Part shown: piece after piece, positions 14,336-25,842 of the stretch | Layout: every line of letters begins with the position of its first letter | Numbering within the stretch: the stretch's first letter is position 1 | Origin: Lama guanicoe | Lineage: Eukaryota | NCBI GenBank assembly: GCA_013239625.1 | Contig: MU053513.1 | Location: 1,724,927 to 1,788,926, forward strand | Direction: 5' to 3' | DNA: 64,000 nucleotides | Made by a program: the position numbers and the translations under genes | Notes under the pieces: generated by a model | The model's database searches: none | The model's input: only the letters and a program-made list of their open reading frames with translations | What the model was told of the DNA's origin: nothing

Positions 14336-17300
14336 TTAGATTCCACATATGAGCGATCTCATATGGTATTTTTCTTTCTCTTTCTGGCTTACTTCACTTA
14401 GAATGACATTCTCTAGGATCATCCATGTTGCTGCAAATGGCATTATGTTGTTGGTTTTTATGGCTGAGTAGTATTCCATTGTATAAATATACCACTTCTT
14501 TATCCAGTCACCTGTTGATGGACATTTAGGTTGTTTCCATGTTTTGGCTATTGTAAATAGTGCTGCTATGAACATTGGGGTGCAGGTGTCATCCTGAAGT
14601 AGATTTCCTTCTGGGTACAAGCCCAGGAGTGGGATTCCTGGGTCATATGGTAAGTCTATTCCTAGTCTTTTGAGGAATCTCCACACTGTTTTCCATAGTG
14701 GCTGCACCAAACTGCATTCCCACCAGCAGTGTAGGAGGGTTCCCCTTTCTCCACAGCCTCTCCAGCATTTGTCATTTTTGGATTTTTGAATGACGGCCAT
14801 TCTGACTGGTGTGAGGTGATACCTCATTGTAGTTTTGATTTGCATTTCTCTGATAATTAGTGATATTGAACATTTTTTCATGTGCTTTTTGATCATTTGT
14901 ATGTCTTCCTTGGAGAATTGCTTGTTTAGGTCTTCTGCCCATTTTTGGATTGGGTTGTTTATTTTTTTCTTATTGAGTCGTATGAGCTGCTTATATATTT
15001 TGGAGATCAAGCCTTTGTCGGTTTCACTTGCAAAAATTTTCTCCCATTCCGTAGGTTTTCTTCTTGTTTTATTTCTGGTTTCCTTTGCTCTGCAGAAGCT
15101 TGTAAGTTTCATTAGGTCCCATTTGTTTATTCTTGCTTTTATTTCTTCTAGGAGAAAATTTTTGAAATGTATGTCAGATAATGTTTTGCCTATGTTTTCC
15201 TCTAGGAGGTTTATTGTATCTTGTCTTATGTTTAAGTCTTTAATCCATTTTGAGTTGATTTTTGTATATGGTGTAAGGGTGTGTTCTAGCTTCATTGTTT
15301 TACATGCTGCTGTCCAGTTTTCCCAACACCATTTGCTGAAGAGACTGTCTTTATTCCATTGTATATTCTTGCCTCCTTTGTCGAAGATGAGTTGACCAAA
15401 AGTTTGTGGGTTCATTTCTGGGCTCTCTATTCTGTTCCATTGGTCTATATGTCTGTTTTGGTACCAATACCATGCTGTCTTGATGACTGTAGCTCTATAG
15501 TATTGTCTGAAGTCTGGGAGAGTTATTCCTCCAGCCTCTTTCTTTCTCTTCAGTAATGCTTTAGCAATTCTAGGTCTTTGATGGTTCCATATAAATTTTA
15601 TTATGATTTGTTCTAGTTCTGTGAAATATGTCCTGGGTAATTGGATAGGGATTGCATTAAATCTGTAGATTGCCTTGGGCAGTGTGACCATTTTAACAAT
15701 ATTGATTCTTCCAATCCAAGAGCATGGAATATCTTTCCATTTTTTAAAGTCTTCTTTAATTTCCTTCATCAATGGTTTATAGTTTTCTGTGTATAATTCT
15801 TTCACCTCCTTGGTTAGATTTATTCCCAGATATTTTATTACTTTGGGTGCTATTTTAAAGGGGATTGTTTCTTTACTTTCTTTTTCTGTTGATTTATCGT
15901 TAGTGTAAAGAAAGGCAACTGATTTTTGAACATTAATTTTGTAACCTGCTACCTTGCTGAATTCTTCGATCAGCTCTAGTAGCTTTTTTGTGGACCTTTT
16001 AGGGTTTTCTATATATAGTAACATGTCGTCAGCATATAATGACACTTTTACCTCTTCTTTTCCAATTTGGATCCCTTTTATTTCTTTCTCTTGCCTGATT
16101 GCTGTGGCTAGGACTTCCAGGACTATATTGAATAGGAGTGGTGATAGTGGGCATCCTTGTCTTGTCCCAGATTTTAGTGGGAAGCTTTTGAGTTTTTCAC
16201 CGTTGAGAACTATGCTGGCTATAGGTTTGTCATATATAGCTTTTATTATGTTGAGATATGTTCCCTCTATACCCACTTTGGCGAGAGTTTTTATCATAAA
16301 TGGGTGTTGAATTTTATCAAATGCTTTTTCTGCATCGATTGAGATGATCATGTGGTTTTTGTCCTTTCTCTTGTTGATGTGATGTATTACATTGATTGAT
16401 TTGCGTATGTTGAACCAGCCTTGTGTCCCTGGGATGAACCCCACTTGGTCATGATGTATAATCTTTTTTATGTGTTGTTGGATTCTATTTGCTAAAATTT
16501 TGGTGAGGATTTTGGCGTCTATGTTCATCAGTGATATTGGCCTATAATTCTCTTTTTTTGTAGTGTCTTTGCCTGGTTTTGGTATCAGGGTGATGGTGGC
16601 TTCATAGAATGAGTTTGGGAGTATTCCCTCCTTTTCAATCGTCTGGAAGAGTTTGAGAAGGACTGGTATGAGTTCTTCTTTGTATGTTTGGTAGAATTCC
16701 CCGGTGAAGCCATCCGGTCCTGGACTTTTATTTGTAGGGAGGTTTTTAATTGCTATTTCTATTTCCTTTCTAGTGATCGGATTGTTCAAGTGTTCAGTTT
16801 CTTCTTGATTCAGTTTTGGTGGACAGTATGTTTCCAGAAACTTGTCCATCTCCTCTAGGTTATCCAGTTTGGTTCCATATAGTTTTTCATAATATTCTCG
16901 TATGATATTCTGTATTTCTATTTTGTTTGTTGTAATTTCTCCATTTTCCTTTCTTATTTTGCTAATTTGTGCTCTCTCTTTTTTCTTCTTTGTGAGTTTG
17001 GCCAGAGGTTTGTCGATTTTATTTACTTTTTCAAAAAACCAGCTTTTGGTTTGGTTGATTTTTTCTATGGTCTTGTTAATCTCTATTGTATTTAATTCCT
17101 CTCTGATCTTTATTATTTCCTTCCTTCTGCTGCTTTTTGGGGCTTTTTGTTCTTCTTTTTCTAATTGATTCAGGTGGTGGGTTAACTTGTTTATTTGAGA
17201 TTGTTCTTCTTTTTTGAGGAAGGCCTGTATCGCTATAAACTTCCCTCTTAGCACTGCCTTTGCTGTGTCCCATAGGTTTTGAGTGGTTGTGCTTTCATTA

Positions 17301-18130
17301 TCATTTGTCTCAAGGTATTTTTTAATTTCAGCTTTGATTTCCTCATTGATCCATTGTTTTTTCAATAACATATTGTTTAATCTCCATGCTTTTCTTTTTT
17401 TCTCCTTTGTTTCTCTGTTGTTGATTTCCAGTTTCATGGCATTGTGGTCAGTAAAGATGCTTGAGATAATTTCTATCTTCTTAAATTTGTTGAGGTTTCT
17501 TTTGTGTCCAAGTACATGATCGATCCTGGAAAATGTTCCATGTGCACTTGAAAAGAATGTATATTCTATTTTTTGGGGGTGTAATGCTCTGAAAATATCC
17601 ACCAAATCTAGTTTTTCTATTGTAGTATTTAATTTCTCTGTTGCCTTGTTTATTTTCTGTCTGGAAGATCTGTCTAGTGATGTTAATGCAGTGTTAAAAT
17701 CTCCAACTATGATTGTATTCCCATCAATATCCCCCTTTATCTCTGTTAGTAATTCTTGTATGTACTTAGGTGCTCCTATATTGGGTGCATATATATTAAC
17801 GAGTGTAATATCTTCATCTTGTATCACTCCTTTAATCATTATAAAATGTCCTTCTTTATCTTTCTTTATGGCCTTTGTTTTAAAGTCTATTTTGTCTGAA
17901 ATCAGTACTGCAACACCTGCTTTTTTGGCTTTTCCATTTGCATGGAATATCCTTTTCCATCCTTTCACTCTCAATCTATATGTGTCCTTCTCCCTAAAGT
18001 GGGTCTCTTGTATGCAGCATATTGAAGGTTCTTGCTTTATTATCCAGTCTGCCACTCTATGTCTTTTGACTGGAGCATTTAGTCCATTAACATTTACAGT
18101 AATTAATGATAGATGTGTGTTTATTGCCAT
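14336..18130 (-). CDS. L1 ORF2p endonuclease/reverse transcriptase (1264 aa)
   Basis: APE endonuclease motifs NVNGL, IQETH, GDFNT, RIDH, TDH; RT QGCPLSP and YADD; C-terminal CWRGC..HCWWEC. Confidence 0.98.
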   Translation of the reverse strand: MAINTHLSLITVNVNGLNAPVKRHRVADWIIKQEPSICCIQETHFREKDTYRLRVKGWKRIFHANGKAKKAGVAVLISDKIDFKTKAIKKDKEGHFIMIKGVIQDEDITLVNIYAPNIGAPKYIQELLTEIKGDIDGNTIIVGDFNTALTSLDRSSRQKINKATEKLNTTIEKLDLVDIFRALHPQKIEYTFFSSAHGTFSRIDHVLGHKRNLNKFKKIEIISSIFTDHNAMKLEINNRETKEKKRKAWRLNNMLLKKQWINEEIKAEIKKYLETNDNESTTTQNLWDTAKAVLRGKFIAIQAFLKKEEQSQINKLTHHLNQLEKEEQKAPKSSRRKEIIKIREELNTIEINKTIEKINQTKSWFFEKVNKIDKPLAKLTKKKKERAQISKIRKENGEITTNKIEIQNIIREYYEKLYGTKLDNLEEMDKFLETYCPPKLNQEETEHLNNPITRKEIEIAIKNLPTNKSPGPDGFTGEFYQTYKEELIPVLLKLFQTIEKEGILPNSFYEATITLIPKPGKDTTKKENYRPISLMNIDAKILTKILANRIQQHIKKIIHHDQVGFIPGTQGWFNIRKSINVIHHINKRKDKNHMIISIDAEKAFDKIQHPFMIKTLAKVGIEGTYLNIIKAIYDKPIASIVLNGEKLKSFPLKSGTRQGCPLSPLLFNIVLEVLATAIRQEKEIKGIQIGKEEVKVSLYADDMLLYIENPKRSTKKLLELIEEFSKVAGYKINVQKSVAFLYTNDKSTEKESKETIPFKIAPKVIKYLGINLTKEVKELYTENYKPLMKEIKEDFKKWKDIPCSWIGRINIVKMVTLPKAIYRFNAIPIQLPRTYFTELEQIIIKFIWNHQRPRIAKALLKRKKEAGGITLPDFRQYYRATVIKTAWYWYQNRHIDQWNRIESPEMNPQTFGQLIFDKGGKNIQWNKDSLFSKWCWENWTAACKTMKLEHTLTPYTKINSKWIKDLNIRQDTINLLEENIGKTLSDIHFKNFLLEEIKARINKWDLMKLTSFCRAKETRNKTRRKPTEWEKIFASETDKGLISKIYKQLIRLNKKKINNPIQKWAEDLNKQFSKEDIQMIKKHMKKCSISLIIREMQIKTTMRYHLTPVRMAVIQKSKNDKCWRGCGERGTLLHCWWECSLVQPLWKTVWRFLKRLGIDLPYDPGIPLLGLYPEGNLLQDDTCTPMFIAALFTIAKTWKQPKCPSTGDWIKKWYIYTMEYYSAIKTNNIMPFAATWMILENVILSEVSQKEKEKYHMRSLICGI

Positions 18131-18528
18131 TTTGAACTTATCTTTGCAGTTGAATTGGTATATCCTCTTTGTTCCTTTCTTCTTCCTTTTGTGGTTTGGT
18201 AATTTTCCTTTGTATTATCATGGATTTTATTTAATTTTTGTGACTCCCTTGTAAATTTTTGACTTGTGGTTACCCTTTTTTGTAAATCTATTAACCTATA
18301 CCCGTTTTTAATAAACTGATAATAACATGATCTCAAACCCATCCTACTGTTAAAAAAATTTAAAAAAAGAAAGAAAAAAAATTCTATATTTCCCTGCCTC
18401 CCTCTCCCACTCTCAGTGATTTGTATGTCTTCTTTTATAATTTCGTGTTTTCTTTATTTGTAATTCATGAGTTATCACCTTTCCAGTTGTACGTTTCTCA
18501 TTTCTGTAGCATCCTGCTGCTTTTCTAT

Positions 18529-19431
18529 TTAGAATAGCCCTTTCAATATTTCTTTTAGCATGGGTTTAGTGTTGCTAAACTCCTGCAGCTTTTTTTTGTC
18601 TGTGAAACTCTTTATTTCTCCTTCTATCCTAAAGGATAGCCTTGCTGGATAAAGTATCCTAGGCTGCATCTTTTTTTCATTCAGGGCTTTGAATATATCT
18701 TGCCACTCCCTTCTGGCCTGTAGTGTTTGTGTAGAGAAATCAGCTGAGAGCCTTATGGGGGTTCCCTTGTAGTTCACTCTTTGCTTTTCTCTTGCTGCCT
18801 TTAGAATCATTTCTTTATCCTTGACTCTGGCCATCTTGATTATGATATGTCTTGGTGTGGGTCTATTTGGGTTCTTCCTGTTTGGGACCCTCTGAGCTTC
18901 CTGTACTTGGATATCTGATTCCTTCTTTAAGTTTGGGAAGTTTTCAGTCATGATTTCTTCAAAAACCTTTTCAATCCCCTTTGATCCTTCTTCCCCTTCT
19001 GGGACCCCTATTATGCGAAGATTGGGACGCTTTATATTATCCCATAGGTCCCTTATGCTATTATCATTATTTTTTATTTGCTTATCTTGTAGTTCTTCTG
19101 AATGGGTGCTTTCTGTTGCCCTGTCTTCTAGATCACTAATTCGTTCCTCTGCATTAACTAGTCGGCTTTGCACAGCTGTTAGATCATTCCTCATCTCTGT
19201 CAATGAGTTTTCCCATTTTGCTTGGCTCTTCTTTATAGCTTCAATTTCATTTTTGACATATTTTATTTCTCTAAGCATTATCTCTTTTAATTCCTTCAGC
19301 AATTTGATCACTCCTTTTTTGAAATCTTGATCTAGTAGGCTATCGATGTCTATTTCATTGAGCTTTCTTTCAGGGGATTCCTCTTGTTCTTTTAATTGGG
19401 AAAGGTTTCTCTGCTTCTTCATCTTGCTCAT
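18529..19431 (-). CDS. L1 ORF1p RNA-binding chaperone (300 aa)
   Basis: Coiled coil; RRM LWDNIKRPNLRIIGVPE; AREKQ, QARREW and YPARLSF motifs. Confidence 0.96.
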   Translation of the reverse strand: MSKMKKQRNLSQLKEQEESPERKLNEIDIDSLLDQDFKKGVIKLLKELKEIMLREIKYVKNEIEAIKKSQAKWENSLTEMRNDLTAVQSRLVNAEERISDLEDRATESTHSEELQDKQIKNNDNSIRDLWDNIKRPNLRIIGVPEGEEGSKGIEKVFEEIMTENFPNLKKESDIQVQEAQRVPNRKNPNRPTPRHIIIKMARVKDKEMILKAAREKQRVNYKGTPIRLSADFSTQTLQARREWQDIFKALNEKKMQPRILYPARLSFRIEGEIKSFTDKKKLQEFSNTKPMLKEILKGLF

Positions 19432-19979
19432 ACCTCTCTGGCACTGTGGTTTATGGAGTATCAGTTGTCTATTTTGGATCTTAAGGATTTTATCTATCTA
19501 ATGCCTATTTAGGAATAGAACTTAGGAAAAAAAAAAAAAAAAAAAAAAAAAGAAAAGAATAAGAGAGAGAGAAAGATTTTTAAAAGAAGGGAGAAAGAGG
19601 GTTTGAAAACAATGTATAATGAATAATAGAAGAGCGGGTTGAAGCAGAGTATTAATCGGGTGGAGACGTCCTTTTAAAACCTTTAAAAAAAAAGGGGGGG
19701 GGGGAGATGAATATATGTGTTTGAAGCCTGTGTCTAATCAATAACAGGACATCAAAACCCAAGAGAAATAGAAATGAATTAAGAAGTAAAAATTAAGAGA
19801 GTAATTGAAAATAGAACAGGTAAAAACATTAAAAACAAAACAAAAACAAAAACAAACAAACAAACAAACAAACAAAAAAAAGGGGGGTTGTCGGTGTTCT
19901 CCTGGAGTGTGTGTGCTTTTAATGTGATGTCCTTCTGTCTTCGTCCTGTTTTGGAAGCTCAGCTTGTTTTCATAGGCCC

Positions 19980-21158
19980 TCCGTTGGCCCCCTCTTCTGT
20001 GCTGCTCCCAGCACCTGTCGGCAAGCAGATCGCGCCTCCTCCTAACACGGGGTCAGATGCAGCTCTCCTCTGCTGCGGGCGGGCGGGTCACTGCCCCTCC
20101 GGATGCCGCAGTCAGATGTTGCAGACTGGCCAGGCAGGAGGGCGGGTCGTGCCCCCTCCCAGCACCTCGGTCAGGGGTTGTGTTCCTGCCCGACAGGCGG
20201 GGGGGCCGCTCTCCCCCTGCCTGCGCTGCTGGTAGCTCCGCTGCTCTGCGCGGCTGCGCGCTCTGCGCCGGCGCTCCGCCCTGGTCGCGCTCCACGGGTG
20301 GGCTCGGGGAAGACCAAGGGGCAGCCTCATCCCTGCTCCGAGCCAAGACCCAGCTGCTTGTTTGTCTTTGTGGAGCAAGTTCTCTGGGGGACCAGAATGG
20401 AAGGATCCTATCTGCCCCGGGCTGTAGGCCCGTCTCAGTCTGGCCCTTGAGGCTGCTAAGCCCTTCGGTGCGGACGCAGGTTTCGCCTCTGCCCCCGCCT
20501 GGGTGCTAAGCGCTGGAGAATATGGCGGCTCTGCCTGGGCCCCGCCCCTCTTCCCCTGAAAAGTTTCCGCGGGTTTTCAGAGATGGGGGTGTGCACCCTT
20601 CCCCCGAGAGCACATCAACCTTGCTGTTTTATGGAGGGCCCAGGTTGTTCTGTCCTGTACACCCACAGCCACAGCGCCCAGCCCCTTGCAGTCCCCTGGA
20701 GCTGCCTCCATGCAGCCGCCCCCGTCCTCCACCCGGCTTGTGCAGCCTGGCCCTGCCCGCCGCTGCCGGCCCGCGTCTCAGGCTGGGTGTCGGGGGGACG
20801 CTCTGTGCCCGTTTAACTTAGTTCTGTCAGACAAGGGCTGCTCTGTACAGATCCGAGCCTCGGAGGCTCCCCCTCCGTCCCGCTGGCCTCTCAGTTGGAG
20901 AGGGGAGACCCAGCGAGCGAGCGCCAGTCCTCCTTTGCCGCTCCCTCCCCGCGGGACCCGTCCCGCGCTGCTTTGCCTTTTGTTCTTTCTTTTTTCCTTT
21001 TCTCCTACCAGATTTTTGGCGTCTTTATCTTCTGAAGAGGGCGATGTTCTGTCGGAGTTCCGCAGGTGCTCTGGTTGGCTGAGTGGGTCTGTAGATGTGG
21101 GTCTTGGTGTATTTGTGGGAGAGGGTGACTTACAAGCGTCCTTCTACTCCGCCATCTT
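19980..21158 (-). promoter_or_regulatory. L1 internal promoter / CpG island
   Basis: GC- and CpG-rich segment in AT-rich surroundings; YY1 site at the 5' end; GC boxes. Confidence 0.85.
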
Positions 21159-21346
21159 CAAAAGGGAAATTTCATCTGAAGATGTTACGTATCATATACA
21201 TCTGATCGCAGTATCAAAGAATGAGCTCAGTTTCCACTCAGGTCATTCTATGGACCATATATATATATATAAATCTTATTTATCTTTCCAATTCTGACTA
21301 TTTCTCATCAAATTTAAATGGTTGAGAAAGGTAAACCACCACTTAC

Positions 21347-21481
21347 GGTTTCTTTGAAGGAGGAGTTTAGCCAGCGATTATTTACTACATTCTGTATGGA
21401 TGTGGGTGGGTTTTCTAAATCTTCAAAGGAATCCATCAATATAAAATCCAGAACAACATCATAAAAATTGAGATTTTTCAC
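21347..21481 (-). CDS. MIGA1: MIGA1 coding exon
   Basis: 135 nt; VKNLNFYDVVLDFILMDSFEDLENPPTSIQNVVNNRWLNSSFKET (lipid-transfer domain); donor ACC|GTAAGT. Confidence 0.96.
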
Positions 21482-22359
21482 CTGCATTAAATTATGAGTT
21501 AAAACAGAAATTAATACTACATAGAGTTGAAATAAAGTCTGAGTTAAGGCTTCACACATTATAAGAGCAGGGTGTTTTCAGTGGAATCAGATTGTCTCTC
21601 CGACCAAAAAAGAGGAAGGGAAGAGGCAACTATGGAAACAACGCACCACCAGAAGCTACAATTTACCTGACGGCTGCTCCTTCCCAGACGCCATCAGGTG
21701 AAGTGAACCTCTCCCCCAACTCTATCCTGGGAGTCCGCTGTTCGTGCTTTTATTATGGTATCCACAATGCTCACTGTGCGCTGTCACTTAGTTACTGGTC
21801 TATCTGCCTGTCTTCCCCACCACATCACGACCCTCTTGCCCTTCCATTCATTCACGCATTCGCGTAGTCCAGTACCGCATTCATGCATGCTGTGCTGGAC
21901 GACATGCTGTACCGGGTGCTCAGGCTTCCCCAGTAAGCAAACTAGATGCTTAGAGTTTAGTGGGGAAAACAGACAGCAATAAATAATCCCACAAATACAC
22001 AATTACAAACTGTGATAAGCACAGTAAAAGCAAGAGTACAGGGTATCATGAGAGTTTATAATGGAGCTTCCAATCTAGACTGAATGTCAGTGAGGGCGTT
22101 CTTCAGGGAGTGAGGCACGCCAGGTACAAGAAATATGTCGTCACAGACTGTATGGTGAAAAAGAACACAGTGGCGTTGAACCAAAGGTCACTGGAAGTGT
22201 GCTGGAGCTCTCTGCAGCAGGGAGCAGGGCCAGCAGCTGGAGACAGGGAGGAAGGGCCCGCTCCTGCAGAGTTTATGGCCCACGTTAATGCTTTTGGATT
22301 TTCTCCTCACTGTAGTAAGGGGGGGTAGTGGTGGTGGTGGGGATGGATGATCAGATCTG

Positions 22360-23215
22360 TTTTATTTTACATTTTCTTCTGGTTTTAATGAGATACAATT
22401 GACATACGGCACTGTATAAGCTTAAGGTGTACAACATCAAGATCTGATTTACAAACATCACGAAATGATTATCACAGTAAGTTCAGTGAACATCATTTCA
22501 TATCGATACAACATTAAAGAACTAGAAAAAACCTTTTTCCTTGTGACGAGAACTCAGAATTTACTCTTAACAACTTTCATAATATCATACAGCAGTGTTA
22601 ACTACCTTTACCATGTTCTACATTACATCTCTAGTACTTATTTATCTTATAAGTGGACATTTATACTTTATGCCCACTTTCATCTAAGTCCCCCTCCCCC
22701 ACCCTCTCTGGTAGCCACAAATCTGATTTCTTTTTCTATGAACTTGTTTGTTTTTGAAGTATAATTGACATACAACACTATGTTAGTTCCTGGTATACAA
22801 CATAGCAATCCCATATTTCCATACATTTCAAAATCATCAACATGAGAAGTCTTGTTGCCATCTGTCACCATATAAAGACACTAATTATTGACTATATTCC
22901 CCACACTGTATATTATACATGTATTTTATTTATTTTGTAAGTGAAAGTCTATACCTCTTAATCGCCCTCACCTATTCTCCTCCCTCACCCCCCTCACCTC
23001 TGGCAACCACCTGTCTGTTCTCTGTGTTTATGACACTGTTTTTGTTTAGTTACGTTTGTTCATTTGTTTTGTTTTTTAGATTCTATACATAAGTGAAATT
23101 ACACAGTATTTGTCTTTCTCTGATTTATTTCACTTAGCATAATACCCTCTAGGTCCATCAATGTTCTCACAAATGGCCAGATTTCATTCTTTTTTATGGC
23201 TGAGTAATATTCAGA
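22360..23215 (-). mobile_element. Older L1 (L1MA-like) 3' end
   Basis: Typical L1MA 3'UTR and ORF2 end (atttcacttagcataataccctctaggtccatc). Confidence 0.8.
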
Positions 23216-24356
23216 TTTGTGCTTTTTAAAGACCGTTCGGCAGGGATATGGCATAGAGAGCAGGAAGGGGGAATGCAGGCGGGCAGCGGTGGCAAGGAAT
23301 CAGGGATGCAAACCCCCTGAGGCAGTCCAGGGAAAGACAACAGTTACTCAGACTACGTTGGGGCTGGCATGAATAAAGAAAAAACTGAGAGATATTTAGG
23401 AGTTAAATTAACAGAACTTGGGGATGAATATGATAAGGTGGGCGAGGACCAGGAAGGTGTAAAGGATGAGTCCCAGGTTTCTGGCCTGCACAGTGGAGCC
23501 GGTGCCACTTCCTTCACCGACTGAGTGTACACCAGAGAAGGAAAGATTACGCCTCTGTTTCCATATCTACTGTCTTCTCTGTCTAGAAAGACTTTCAGCC
23601 CCTTGCAAACTCATTCTTTAAACTTCCGTTAAGACAAAATATCCCAGGCTCATCATGTACCTCTGCTCTCCCAGTGTGAAATCAGCCATTTTCCCAAGGA
23701 GCCCTAGTTCCTCCAGTGGAGAGTGGTACTCAGAAGCCAAGATATGTGTGCGAGAATCATTTCTTTTGAGGTGTTGCTGCTCCCAGACCCTCTCAGTGAA
23801 TAGAGCCAGGAAGTATATGTATGTCTACGTATATACAAACTTGTATTTATTTCTGTATCTGCTCATCTATCCAGCTATCTATCTACCGTACGATACTGTC
23901 AACTATGAATTCACACTGACAGCTTCAATTCCAATCCCAGCTTTTTATACCTCCCTCACCTGACAGTGAAAAACCTGGCTCTGATTATTCTCAACATACT
24001 TGGTTATTGTTTGACCCTGTGTATGGAGCCAATCTCCCAGCCCCACTGAGTTGCTGCTGTCCTGTTTGAAACCAGCTGTGCACAGGCTACCACTACCGCC
24101 CCGCTAGGGCCTGTTCATTGACTTGTGGACAGAAGACAGGAGGGAGGGAAGGAATGAAGGGCTTTTTAAAAAAACATTATTTTCAACTATTGCCCCAATG
24201 TATAAAGACTGCGGTTGCTGTGACTGTGTCATAATGACCACCACACAACTGGTTTCACTGTCATTTAACAAGGACAAGGAAACAGTGGCCTCAAATTATG
24301 TAAATATCATGTGTAAATAACTAAGGGGAATAAATACTATAACAATTTGAACTTAC

Positions 24357-24455
24357 TCCTCTAGCAGCAAGTTCCATTTCAGTACTATCCCAGTGATCAG
24401 TCTGCTCTAAAAAATAGATCATTTCATCAAAAACATCTTCAAACTTCTTCGGATT
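24357..24455 (-). CDS. MIGA1: MIGA1 coding exon
   Basis: 99 nt; NPKKFEDVFDEMIYFLEQTDHWDSTEMELAARG; donor GGA|GTAAGT. Confidence 0.95.
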
Positions 24456-25340
24456 CTGCAGAAGAAAACACACTTTAATCTTAAACGCAACTTTAAAACA
24501 AGGCTCAATACTACAAAGTAAATAAGCTACTCTTCAAGTAAGTTTATTAGATCTTCATGCTGGAGGTAACTGAACCAAAACACATTTTCAGTGTATGCCA
24601 CATTCATCTGGTTTCATTTTGTTGATCCAACTTCTGAAGAAGCCAAGACTAAGAATGTAAGTAAAATGTTTCATGAGCAAAATGCTTACTATTCAAATAT
24701 ATATGCCTATGTAGGTCAGTCCTTAGGGTGAACAGATACTATGTGATGCTTTTGATGTAGTTCTACGCCTTTTGGAAGAATTCTAGTTCAAATCAGTGGG
24801 TTTATCTGCCTTGGGAAGGCCAAGAAAGTAACATAAGAGTTACACTGGGAATTGCAATTGGTTAATATCACCCTACATTTATTTTGCACTTAAAAAAATT
24901 GCTTTCCCATTTATCATATATTGAATCACTATAAGAACTCTTTGAAATAAGATACCATAAACATAATTCCATTATACAAATGAGAGAACTGAGGTTGAAA
25001 GGTTGGGTCTGAAAACCAGGTGTTCAAATGGCTCAATGGCCTGTTTAGTTTTGTTTTTTCTCATCGTCTGGACACACCCTGCACAAAGGAAAGTGGTTCC
25101 TTACAGTCTTTATCAAGTTCTTGCCATTGCTTCTGCCTCATTCATTCCCATGAAGATGAGTAAGAGTAAGAGGCAGCTAGCTCACTTTGTATTTCCATAT
25201 TTCTGAGATCTACACTATTTCCTGGAACTTTTTTACTAAACAGGATTGAGGGAGGTAAGAGAAGAGGTTATTAGAAATAATAATAGTGGTGGCTGTAGTA
25301 GCAGATCTGATGATAATTCTCACCATGACATTCACACATT

Positions 25341-25465
25341 TCATAGCAAATTGGGAATCTTTTTTTTTTAATTTTTAATTTTATTTCATTTTCTTCCCCC
25401 CTTAATGGAGTCACTGGGGATTGAACCCAGGACCTCATGCATGCCATGAGCTATACCCCCCCAGC
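25341..25465 (-). mobile_element. Vic-1-type SINE, internally deleted
   Basis: ggggattgaacccaggacctcatgcatgc..tgagctatacccc with T-rich tail. Confidence 0.75.
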
Positions 25466-25755
25466 CCCAGGAATAATTTATCAACTTGATCAAAACAGCG
25501 TGAACTTTATACCTAGAAAATAAATCAACCCAAGTAGAAATCAATGGTCTTCGGGTTATTTATTTGCTTATTTATTTATTTATTTGGGGGGAGTTATTTA
25601 TTTTTTCTTTTTTTTTTAATCTTTTAAAAAATTTTAATATATGAACCTTCGCAACTACCTGCAAAACATTCTCTCCTATTAAAAGTGTAATATATTTTAA
25701 TCTTCAGTTCAACTGAAACAACAATAAAAAAAACTTGCCAACAAAACAAGTTTAC

Positions 25756-25842
25756 CTTTCGTGCTCTCACAATTAATGCTGATAAAATTTTCCTTCCACT
25801 TTCAGCAAGGAATATCCTGTTGGCTGTTTCTGAAAGAATTAC
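25756..25842 (-). CDS. MIGA1: MIGA1 coding exon
   Basis: 87 nt; VILSETANRIFLAESGRKILSALIVRARK. Confidence 0.95.

Larger units (their letters stand above)
14008..21158 (-). mobile_element. Full-length LINE-1 (~7.15 kb), both ORFs intact, sense to MIGA1
   Basis: YY1-type start AAGATGGCGG, CpG-rich 5'UTR, ORF1, ORF2, 3'UTR with AATAAA (14025-14030) and A11 tail; TSD CAAAAGGGAA at 13998-14007 and 21159-21168. Confidence 0.98.

Noticed and set aside
14835..19330. Several long + strand ORFs (186, 118, 202 and 126 aa)
   Set aside because: Antisense shadows of L1 ORF1/ORF2 with Phe/Ser/Leu-biased composition; no independent evidence of coding.
19888..20509. Cluster of ORFs on both strands
   Set aside because: Expected from stop-codon scarcity in the GC-rich L1 5'UTR.
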